A DNA stretch of 64,000 nt, taken from the NCBI GenBank assembly GCA_050696075.1, contig JBOGUF010000138.1, forward strand, positions 13,684-77,683. The letters are read 5' to 3'. This document shows, one piece after another, positions 56,988 through 64,000 of this stretch. This DNA comes from Thermomicrobiales bacterium. Lineage in GTDB: Bacteria; Chloroflexota; Chloroflexia; Thermomicrobiales; UBA6265. The translations under genes were made by a program, and so were the position numbers. The notes below the pieces were generated by a model. It saw nothing but the letters and a program-made list of their open reading frames with translations. It did not search any database and was not told the origin of the DNA. Position 1 is the stretch's first letter. The number at the start of each line of letters is the position of its first letter.

Positions 56988-59066
56988 CTAGGCTAGCGCC
57001 GTTGATCGTCGCCGGGGTACGGGAATCACGGACCGCCAATGGTCGGGCAGTCCGTCGTCGCTGACGGCATAGAAGACGCGGAGCGAATCGCCGTCTCGGT
57101 AGACGAGGTTGAAGCGGCGATCTCCGCCCCGCGGGGTGTAGGTTCTCCAGAAGCCGTATGGGCCTTTCCACCGAACTTTGGTCTCGTCGATCGGCTTCTG
57201 TTCGAACTGTTCAATGGCATAGCGCCAGATGCGCCGGGAGGTATCGCGGCCGACGTTGTGCATCACGGTGCGATTGCGTAGGTCGTTTAACCGGAAGCGC
57301 ACCGTACCGTCCACCGTGCTCGACTCGAGAATTTCGACGCCCGAAGGTGGCGCCACCGGGTCTGACGCGGCCGGTTCGGACCACTCCGCGGTCCGCGAGG
57401 GCGTACCGGTCTCGACTGGAGTCGTGGGGAGCGCGACCTGAGGGGCGACGATGGGCGAGACTGAAACCTGCTTCGGAGGTGTGGCGGCGCGGCCGTTCGG
57501 GCCTAGTGATGGTTGACTGGATTGACCGCCGCGTCGCCGTCGCCGTCCCTGCCGTTGCTGATCTGCCCCAGTCGGTTGTTGGGCGGGCATCGCTGTTGCC
57601 GGCGCGGGCGCGCCGATGCCGGCAGCATGAACCATGCGGACGATCTCATCGCGCGAAGCGAGGCGCGTCCCGTCGTCTCCGCGAACGTAGATCATCCCGG
57701 ACGACAGCGCGTACGGTTGCAGCGTGCCGGCAGGCACCCGGACGGCGATCACGGACCGGCCGTCGACGTCGATCAGCTCCAGTTCGGCGGATATCGTGGG
57801 GTTGACGTCGCGCGAGAGTGCCTCCAAGAGCTTAGCTGATACCTCAGTTGGATCAGGGATGCCGGCGATCGGACGGCGCGCGTGTGGACTCGCTCCGACG
57901 TAGACGATACCTCCCTCCGTGTTCGCCATGGCCACGATGTCGCGGAGCACCGGCGTTTGACCGTCGCGCTTCGTGGCAGCGCGTTCGTGGAAGGCGACCG
58001 TCGGGCTTTTTCCTTCATCGCGCGCGGCTTTGAGCGCGTCCGCGACGGAGATTACCGGGACGTACCGGCGCGTGCGGCTGAAGTCCTGCCCTGAGAGCAA
58101 ATCCTGGATTGCGCGGAACGACACGCTTGGCAACAGCATCTCGGTGGCGCGGTCGCCCACACCGAGGTGCGTTTCCCGATCGGGATCGCGCTCCAGGCGG
58201 TGGGCGTCCGAGCCCTGGATACAGTGCATGCGACGTGGATATTCGGGCTTGGAGCCGCTGAAAAAGCGCGCGGTCGACCGGCGATTGCCGGTGACGTGGA
58301 GGTCGGTGACTTCGAGGGCGTGCAAATGCGGATCCTGGGTGTAGGCGATCTTGGTTTGGCCGCCGAAGGCGAAACCCTGCATGGCGACGCCATGCGTCGA
58401 GTTTGCGTGCGCCCCGATGACCAGCGCGCCGTGGTCGTGCAGGACTTTGTAGGCTCGTAAGACGTCGGTTGTCGCGCCGACTTCGCCGCTGCCGAACTTC
58501 TCTTCCTGCACGCCCAGCGTTAGGAGCAGGTGCTCCATCATCCGGACCGTTGTACCCTCGGGAAAGATGGCAAGAATGTGGAACCCAAACGTGGCAGTGA
58601 ACTCGAACCCAGGAACTACGAGAACCCTCGCGAGTAGTCGCCGGTACTCCTCTAAGCGTTGCCGCTCGTCGTCCAAGAGGCGCTTGAGATATTCAAGGAG
58701 CTCGAGGTCCTCGATCTCCCGCCACATGTCAGCATAGCCGCGCACGGAATTGTGATCGGTGATGGCGATGACGTCGAGCCCACGCTCTTCCGCTTGGCGT
58801 AGGATGTCAAGCGGCGAAACGTTCGGCTGCTTGTAGTCTGTAGAGGCCGGCGTGTGGATATGCAGATCGACCCGTCGCCAGGCCAACTCCGGTTCCGGAC
58901 GGGAAGGCAACGGCACAACGCCGAGGGCCGCCCCGTTGCGTGCAACGCGCGACCGACCGCGCTGATCTCGCGGCTCGTTCTGTGTGCGTTTCTCGGAAAT
59001 GGATGCGCTCCCAAACGATGAAAAGGGCCAATCGGGTGCCTGACGATGGCCAGGGCGCCACGACAC
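56988..59066 (-). CDS. PHP-domain phosphoesterase fused to an AlbA_2 (Schlafen-like) DNA-binding domain and an unknown C-terminal domain
   Basis: PHP ligand set: VDLHIHT, ITDHN, GFEF, FHILAIFP, GAHAN and GSDAH (aa ~64-325). AlbA_2-like segment: FHERAA...LRDIVAMANTEGGIVYVG...GRSVIAVRVP...IYVRGDDGT (aa ~355-478). A Pro/Ala/Gln-rich linker is followed by a ~110-aa beta-rich C-terminal domain. The GTG start is uncertain. Confidence 0.75.
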   Translation of the reverse strand: MSWRPGHRQAPDWPFSSFGSASISEKRTQNEPRDQRGRSRVARNGAALGVVPLPSRPEPELAWRRVDLHIHTPASTDYKQPNVSPLDILRQAEERGLDVIAITDHNSVRGYADMWREIEDLELLEYLKRLLDDERQRLEEYRRLLARVLVVPGFEFTATFGFHILAIFPEGTTVRMMEHLLLTLGVQEEKFGSGEVGATTDVLRAYKVLHDHGALVIGAHANSTHGVAMQGFAFGGQTKIAYTQDPHLHALEVTDLHVTGNRRSTARFFSGSKPEYPRRMHCIQGSDAHRLERDPDRETHLGVGDRATEMLLPSVSFRAIQDLLSGQDFSRTRRYVPVISVADALKAARDEGKSPTVAFHERAATKRDGQTPVLRDIVAMANTEGGIVYVGASPHARRPIAGIPDPTEVSAKLLEALSRDVNPTISAELELIDVDGRSVIAVRVPAGTLQPYALSSGMIYVRGDDGTRLASRDEIVRMVHAAGIGAPAPATAMPAQQPTGADQQRQGRRRRRGGQSSQPSLGPNGRAATPPKQVSVSPIVAPQVALPTTPVETGTPSRTAEWSEPAASDPVAPPSGVEILESSTVDGTVRFRLNDLRNRTVMHNVGRDTSRRIWRYAIEQFEQKPIDETKVRWKGPYGFWRTYTPRGGDRRFNLVYRDGDSLRVFYAVSDDGLPDHWRSVIPVPRRRSTALA

Positions 59067-59262
59067 ATCTTAACACGCACGAGCGACTGTTTGACAATAA
59101 GTGACACGAGGTTCGTTGCTGTTCGTGCGTGATAGGATGGGTGACGCTCGACAACGAACTGTCGGGTAGTCGGAGCCGGCGATCGGTTGGCGCGGTTGAC
59201 GGGACTAGTGACCGCGTGGCACCACTTCGGTCGGGTCAAATGCTAACAAGTGAATCGAAGCG

Positions 59263-60264
59263 ATGACGGACGCGAACATTCTCGACATCCTCCTTGGCGC
59301 GATCGTCCTCCTCGCTATGCCGCTCGGGTTTTGGCGAGGCGTAGGACGGGAGGTCTTTGTCTCGGCGGGCATTCTGCTAGGGATTGTGGTTGCGAATGCC
59401 TGGGCGGAGCGATGGGGGCGGCAGGCGGCGGACTGGTTCAGCCTCGAAGTCTCGACCGCGCGTTTTTGGACAACCATCGGTCTTGTTCTCGCATCGACGC
59501 TCGTCCTTGGTTACGGCGGCGGTGCCGTGGCTGCCTCGGAGGTGAGCTTAGGCTTCTTCGGACGAGTGGCCGGCGCCTTCGTCGCGGCCGCCAATGCCAG
59601 CGTCCTTCTCGTTTGGGCGCTGGCAATCATCGTGCGTGACATTGCCGACGCACAGGCGGTGGAGGTCCTGGATGACGCGTTTGTCGCCGGGCGATTGCTG
59701 CGTGACGGCGAATGGGTACCTTTGGCTATCGCGTGCGGCGCGGCCGTCTCCGTTCTTGCCTCCGCCGTCGCTCGGATCTGGACTCGACGGCGATCGCTAC
59801 CTGTGACGGATGCTACCGCTCCGATCGGTCGCGCCGCGTCGCCCGACCGACTACGGCCGGTCCGTTTTGCGCGCGACACCGACGAAGGCAAGTTCGAGCC
59901 GGAGTCGCGGCAATTCGATCCGCGTTCGGGCCGCTTCGGTGCGGATGCCGCAGATATCTCGACGACGATGCCGTTGACCCGCGTCGACCAGTCTCGGTGG
60001 GCGCGGGATACACGAGGCACAGGTGGGCTCCCCGCGTGGGGGAGCCAACAGAACCAGGGATCACATCCCGGCAACGGCAACTTCGCCGGGCGCGATTGGT
60101 TCCGACGAGGTTCGTCGGACCCGCAACCTGATGCCGGCGGCGACCGCTCTCGATCGTGGACTCACGCGCGTTCGCCTGACGCGGGGCAGTGCGGCGCATG
60201 CGGCGCCACGACCACGGCATCCGACGCATTTTGCCCTCGATGCGGGACAGCGATCTCACGCTAG
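59263..60264 (+). CDS. CvpA family membrane protein with disordered region and C-terminal zinc ribbon
   Basis: MTDANILDILLGAIVLLAMPLGFWRG..., four TM segments, and C-terminal CGACGATTTASDAFCPRCG. Confidence 0.75.
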   Translation: MTDANILDILLGAIVLLAMPLGFWRGVGREVFVSAGILLGIVVANAWAERWGRQAADWFSLEVSTARFWTTIGLVLASTLVLGYGGGAVAASEVSLGFFGRVAGAFVAAANASVLLVWALAIIVRDIADAQAVEVLDDAFVAGRLLRDGEWVPLAIACGAAVSVLASAVARIWTRRRSLPVTDATAPIGRAASPDRLRPVRFARDTDEGKFEPESRQFDPRSGRFGADAADISTTMPLTRVDQSRWARDTRGTGGLPAWGSQQNQGSHPGNGNFAGRDWFRRGSSDPQPDAGGDRSRSWTHARSPDAGQCGACGATTTASDAFCPRCGTAISR

Positions 60265-60339
60265 ACTGCACCGCGACAACAAACGTTGCCATTTCACAAA
60301 CAGACGAAGGGATCGGGACGAACTAGTCGGACGTCAGGG

Positions 60340-60660
60340 CATCGGTTGAAACGTAACCTCGACGAAGTTGGCCTGTCGATGCCGGAGGCGAAACCAGAGG
60401 AAGGGACCGGATCGACCGACTGGGGCAACGTGAGCTCCGTCGTGCCGTCGCTTGAAACGTCCTAACCGATTCTCGACCGCATCTGCACTTGGCATACTCA
60501 AGAGGTCGTGGCGGCGTCCGACGCGGAGCTCGGCTACCGAAACTCGCTGCTGGTCGCCAAAGCAATGGCGCTGACCGAGTTGGATTTGCTCACCGACCCG
60601 GCGCTGTTGGCCGAAGTTCGTGGGGATTTCGAGCGGGCGCGCGCTACGCGCGGTGCGATG
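60340..60660 (+). pseudogene. M20 family peptidase/amidohydrolase, C-terminal fragment with an in-frame stop
   Basis: ...NLDEVGLSMPEAKPEEGTGSTDWGNVSSVVPSLETS*PILDRICTWHTQEVVAASDAELGYRNSLLVAKAMALTELDLLTDPALLAEVRGDFERAR. The TAA is at 60463-60465. The first ~300 codons of such an enzyme are absent. Confidence 0.6.
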
Positions 60661-60670
60661 CAGGGCAGCA

Positions 60671-61513
60671 TCAATCCGTCGCCGAAGCATCGCCTTTTGT
60701 TCGAGAGCGTGTGCCGTCGGGAAGGCGAATGCCTCCATCGACGAATGCGATTGCTTTCGCTTGCCCGGCAAAGACGCTTGTCACTAAGAGGTCCGATCGT
60801 GATGCCGCGGTTAGCCCTTCGCGCAGCGCATCCTCCGTAACAGCATCGGCATTGACAACGACGGCGGGCGTCCGTGTGGCTTGGATGGCATCCGCCGGGT
60901 GATCACCGGTCACAATGAGTGCCGATACGGGATCATGCGGAGGCAGAAGGTCACTGATTCGGCCGTCCGGCAGGACAGCGATGCGGGTTTGGCCTCGCGC
61001 GATCATTGCCCGCCAGCCGGATCGTTGGTCGTCGAACGTCGTTTCGACAGTCACCGAGACGCCCCCTGGCAGATGATACCGTCGAGATGCGGAGAGAATC
61101 TCCAGGCGGTTATTGGGGAGGGCCAGTTCGACCGTGGGCAACCCAGGATCGATGATTGCGTATGCACGACCATGCACCGAGCGGGCGGCGTGGGCCGCGA
61201 CAGTCGCGCTACGGCCCCGGCCGGCTAACAGTACAACGTCAACGCGCCGCAAGCCGAATGGCAACGCGCTGGCGAAGGCGTTGCCGAAAGCGGTGGTGTC
61301 GGTGCCGGTGGCGATGAGCAGGCGGGCTGGACCGGCGGTGACCAACACCGAGAGGTCGTCGCCGGCGCCCAGGGCGATGACGCGAGGTGTACCCGCACGG
61401 CGAGCCTGAACATTCGAGTACCCGAGCACCAGTGGGAAGGTCGCGCCAAAGGAGATGGCCGCCGTCACGACGCGGCGGCGATCGAAGCGGCGCGGGCCGG
61501 CCTCGTCCATCAC
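60671..61513 (-). CDS. Hypothetical exported/membrane-anchored protein downstream of the PASTA kinase
   Basis: Starts 4 nt after the kinase stop. It has an N-terminal RRFDRRRVVTAAISFGATFPLVLG segment and no catalytic motif I recognise. Confidence 0.55.
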   Translation of the reverse strand: MMDEAGPRRFDRRRVVTAAISFGATFPLVLGYSNVQARRAGTPRVIALGAGDDLSVLVTAGPARLLIATGTDTTAFGNAFASALPFGLRRVDVVLLAGRGRSATVAAHAARSVHGRAYAIIDPGLPTVELALPNNRLEILSASRRYHLPGGVSVTVETTFDDQRSGWRAMIARGQTRIAVLPDGRISDLLPPHDPVSALIVTGDHPADAIQATRTPAVVVNADAVTEDALREGLTAASRSDLLVTSVFAGQAKAIAFVDGGIRLPDGTRSRTKGDASATD

Positions 61514-61516
61514 CGG

Positions 61517-63421
61517 TTACGACTGATTCTCGTCGAGGTCCTGGTCGTAGTAGACCAGCCTGACCGACGTGCCGGGAGGGAGCCAAGAGCCGAAGTTCGC
61601 GTCGTTGTCTTGAATGCCGACGACGTCCTGGTCTTCGATGCCCGTTTGTTCGACGTCGATATTGAAGCTCTCGATGAATGCCCGATTGACCGGAATCGCA
61701 TCGGTGACGACGAAGCCGAGTTCTTCCAGGGATGCCCGTGCCTCATCCAGCGGGGCGCCCTGGATTTCCCGGGGAACTTGAACGCGATCGCCGAGGCTGA
61801 TGAACAGGGTAACGGTGTCGCCTGGAGAGGCGACATCGGCTGGTTCGGCGGCGATGACCCTACCTTCAGGAACTTCGGGGTTGCCTTGCTCCTGGCGCTC
61901 GACCTCGAGACCTTCTTCGCGTAAGCGATCCTCGGCTTCGTCCGCGGCGAGTCCCTCCAACCCCATAGCGGCAATATCGACCTGTGACGAGCCGCTGCTC
62001 ACGACAACCGATATCGGTGAAGAGGGCGGCGCCTCGGCGTCCGGTTGTGGTTCTTGGCGAAGGATGCGGCCTTCCTCGACGTCGTCGGACGCTTCGCTAC
62101 CGACCTGCTCGACCGTCAGCCCCGCGTCGGCGGCAACCTCGTCTGCTTCTTCAAGCGTCATCCCTTCGAGGTTGGGTACGACGGTGAATTCCGCCTCCTC
62201 GGTTTCGCGGGGGATGATCGCCGGTGCAGTTGGTTCAACCTCGTTATCCTCTTCTGGCTGATCCTCGGGCGTGCTGGTGGCGTCGGCGGTGACGGGGGTG
62301 CGGGTCGGGTCGTCGTCGCCGGCACCCGGGAGTCGGGGCGCAAGCTGAAAGCCGAACCATATCAGTGCGCCCAGCGCGGCGATGACGGCGATGGCGGCGA
62401 GCCAACCGGCGCAGCCTGAGCGCTGGGCACCCGCGACTGGCATAGATGCAACAGGTCCCTGAACGGGTGGTTGCAATGGCCTGGTCGCGCCGGAACTTGG
62501 CGGGGCTGCCGCCGGCGGAGCGGACCATTGTTGCCTCGGTTGGGCGGTGGCCGGCTGGGTTATCGTCGTCGCCGCCATGGCGCGCGGGATGACGTTGGTG
62601 GCAGCGGTTGAGTGCCAATTGGTGAGCGCGTTGGCGAACGCGCCGGCGCTGGCGTAGCGCGCGGTTGGATCCTTGGCGAGTGCGCGCAAGATGATCTCGG
62701 CCGCCGGCCGCGGAATGTCTGGGTTCAGCGCGGCCGGGTTCGGCGGCGCTTCATTGACGTGCTTCATGGCGATGCCGACTGGTGTATCGGCCTCGAAGGG
62801 AAGGCGCCCGGTCAGCATCTCGTAAGCAACGACGGCGAGCGAGTAGATGTCGGAGGAGGGTGTCGCCATCAGGCCGCTGGCCTGCTCAGGGGAGAGATAG
62901 TGGACGGTGCCAAGACCCGTTCCCGTTGCCGTCAGGTCGCTGTCGGCCAGCCCTTTGGCAATGCCGAAATCGACGACTCTGGCGATGCCCGCGTCGTCGA
63001 CGAGGATGTTGTGCGGCTTGACGTCACGGTGGACGAAGCCGCGTTCGTGCGCGTAGTCGAGCGCGGACGCGACTTGTTCGATGAGGACCGCGACGTCGTC
63101 GGGATCGAACGGGCCCTCGGCGTTGATGATCCGCGCTAGGTTGTCGCCCGGCACGTATTCCATGACGATGTAGGGTGTCGCGTTGTCTTCGCCTACGTCG
63201 TAGATGTCGATGATGTTGGGGTGGGAGAAACTCGCCGCCGCCTGCGCTTCGCGTTCGAAGCGAGCGCGAAAGGCGGGGTCGCGCGCGAACCGCGGGTGAA
63301 GCGTCTTGATGGCGATCGGGCGATGGAGCAGGATGTCGTGGCCGAGGTAGACCTCGGCCATGCCGCCCTCGCCCAGGAGCCGGTCGATCCGGTAACGGCG
63401 ATTGACGATCCGATGCTCCAA
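61517..63421 (-). CDS. pknB: Ser/Thr protein kinase with extracellular PASTA repeats (PknB/Stk1-like)
   Basis: Kinase motifs GEGGMAEVY, AIKTL, HRDVKPHNILV, DFGIAK and SPEQ, then a TM segment and three PASTA-like repeats. Confidence 0.9.
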   Translation of the reverse strand: MEHRIVNRRYRIDRLLGEGGMAEVYLGHDILLHRPIAIKTLHPRFARDPAFRARFEREAQAAASFSHPNIIDIYDVGEDNATPYIVMEYVPGDNLARIINAEGPFDPDDVAVLIEQVASALDYAHERGFVHRDVKPHNILVDDAGIARVVDFGIAKGLADSDLTATGTGLGTVHYLSPEQASGLMATPSSDIYSLAVVAYEMLTGRLPFEADTPVGIAMKHVNEAPPNPAALNPDIPRPAAEIILRALAKDPTARYASAGAFANALTNWHSTAATNVIPRAMAATTITQPATAQPRQQWSAPPAAAPPSSGATRPLQPPVQGPVASMPVAGAQRSGCAGWLAAIAVIAALGALIWFGFQLAPRLPGAGDDDPTRTPVTADATSTPEDQPEEDNEVEPTAPAIIPRETEEAEFTVVPNLEGMTLEEADEVAADAGLTVEQVGSEASDDVEEGRILRQEPQPDAEAPPSSPISVVVSSGSSQVDIAAMGLEGLAADEAEDRLREEGLEVERQEQGNPEVPEGRVIAAEPADVASPGDTVTLFISLGDRVQVPREIQGAPLDEARASLEELGFVVTDAIPVNRAFIESFNIDVEQTGIEDQDVVGIQDNDANFGSWLPPGTSVRLVYYDQDLDENQS

Positions 63422-63469
63422 CTGCGTGGCGCCTCCGGCGGTGATTCTAGGCGGCTGCCCAAATCACCG

Positions 63470-64000
63470 TCAAACCAACTCGACGGGTGAAACCGCCGGT
63501 ATCGGTCGACAAAGAAAGAGTTCCGCCCACTGGCCGATGGCGCGTGTCAGCCCCGCGTGGATGGCCTTGGCCTGATCCGGGTCGGCTGATGCGGTGAAGT
63601 GACTCGGTCCGGCGCCGGTCATGGCGACGAACGGAGCGCCCGCGCGCTTGAAGGTATGGCGCATCTCCACGATCTCCGGAAACAGTTCGGTTGCGGCGCG
63701 TTCGAACCGATTCACCATCCGGTCCCATGGGATTGGCTTCCGATTCACGATGGATTCGGTCAACGCGGTAACGGAGGAGCCATCGGAAAAGTCCCGCGGC
63801 TGAAGGAGTCCGTACATCCCGCGCGTTTTGTTCGGCACCGAGATGCGAGGCGACGCGACGACAAACCAGACCTCGGTCAGAGGCGGAAGCGCGGTCAGGC
63901 GCTCACCTCGTCCCTCGGCAAGCATCGTGCCGCCCTTGAGGAAGAAGGGAACGTCGCTGCCAATCTGAAGCGCCAATTCTTGGAGCTTGGGATCGCTACA
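63470..64000 (-). CDS. ispE: 4-diphosphocytidyl-2-C-methyl-D-erythritol kinase, 3' part (5' end beyond the window)
   Basis: GSDVPFFLKGGTMLAEGRGERL and MTGAGPSHF GHMP-kinase motifs. The reading frame is open to base 64000. Confidence 0.8.
   Translation of the reverse strand, partial: CSDPKLQELALQIGSDVPFFLKGGTMLAEGRGERLTALPPLTEVWFVVASPRISVPNKTRGMYGLLQPRDFSDGSSVTALTESIVNRKPIPWDRMVNRFERAATELFPEIVEMRHTFKRAGAPFVAMTGAGPSHFTASADPDQAKAIHAGLTRAIGQWAELFLCRPIPAVSPVELV

Noticed and set aside
60334-60840. ORFs 60334..60771 (-, 145 aa) and 60508..60840 (+, 110 aa) as independent genes.
   Set aside because: The plus-strand frame continues upstream across a single TAA into clear M20-peptidase sequence, so this is better explained as a pseudogene remnant. 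The minus ORF has no features.

Overview
High-GC (about 65% by eye), densely coding bacterial chromosomal segment. I call about 55 protein genes on both strands and found no rRNA, tRNA or CRISPR array. Many long antisense ORFs in the six-frame track are high-GC shadows. Most of the content is housekeeping:
- rpoN, two M50 site-2 proteases, and an Rrf2 regulator with a cysteine desulfurase.
- scpA/scpB, dprA-topA, hslVU, a ROK glucokinase, ilvE, an S41 peptidase and a TPP enzyme.
- A complete family-5 peptide ABC operon (two permeases, two ATPases, one Tat-dependent binding protein), plus an orphan ATPase pair and an orphan binding protein.
- A coxS-coxL-coxM operon of the form II type.
- A Tat-exported amidase_2, a GDPD, hspR-clpB, an M42 peptidase, a CvpA-like protein, a PASTA Ser/Thr kinase, and the 3' part of ispE.

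This gene mix (sigma-54, PASTA kinase, HspR/ClpB, HslUV, Tat-type SBPs, form II CODH) would fit a Chloroflexota/Thermomicrobia-like organism. That is inference only.

Items not explained by ordinary annotation:
1. A divergent two-gene module at 38696-40400: a small winged-helix-like protein plus a 427-aa protein with a clear PD-(D/E)xK nuclease signature, of no family I recognise. This is my best candidate for an undescribed system.
2. A 692-aa PHP-phosphoesterase/AlbA_2 (Schlafen-like) fusion with an unknown C-terminal domain (56988-59066).
3. Gene-decay scars: a beta-propeller gene fused in frame to a Mu B/TniB-like ATPase fragment, a 41-codon P-loop stub, a frameshifted vapC, and an M20 peptidase tail with an in-frame stop.
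4. Intergenic repeats: C-run/G-run palindromic elements flanking the binding-protein gene, plus two heptanucleotide repeat arrays in intercistronic gaps.
5. A GtrA/FAD-oxidoreductase/polytopic-membrane-protein cluster that looks like envelope glycan biosynthesis.

Start codons are often uncertain in this GC range. All family calls come from motif recognition by eye, not database searches.
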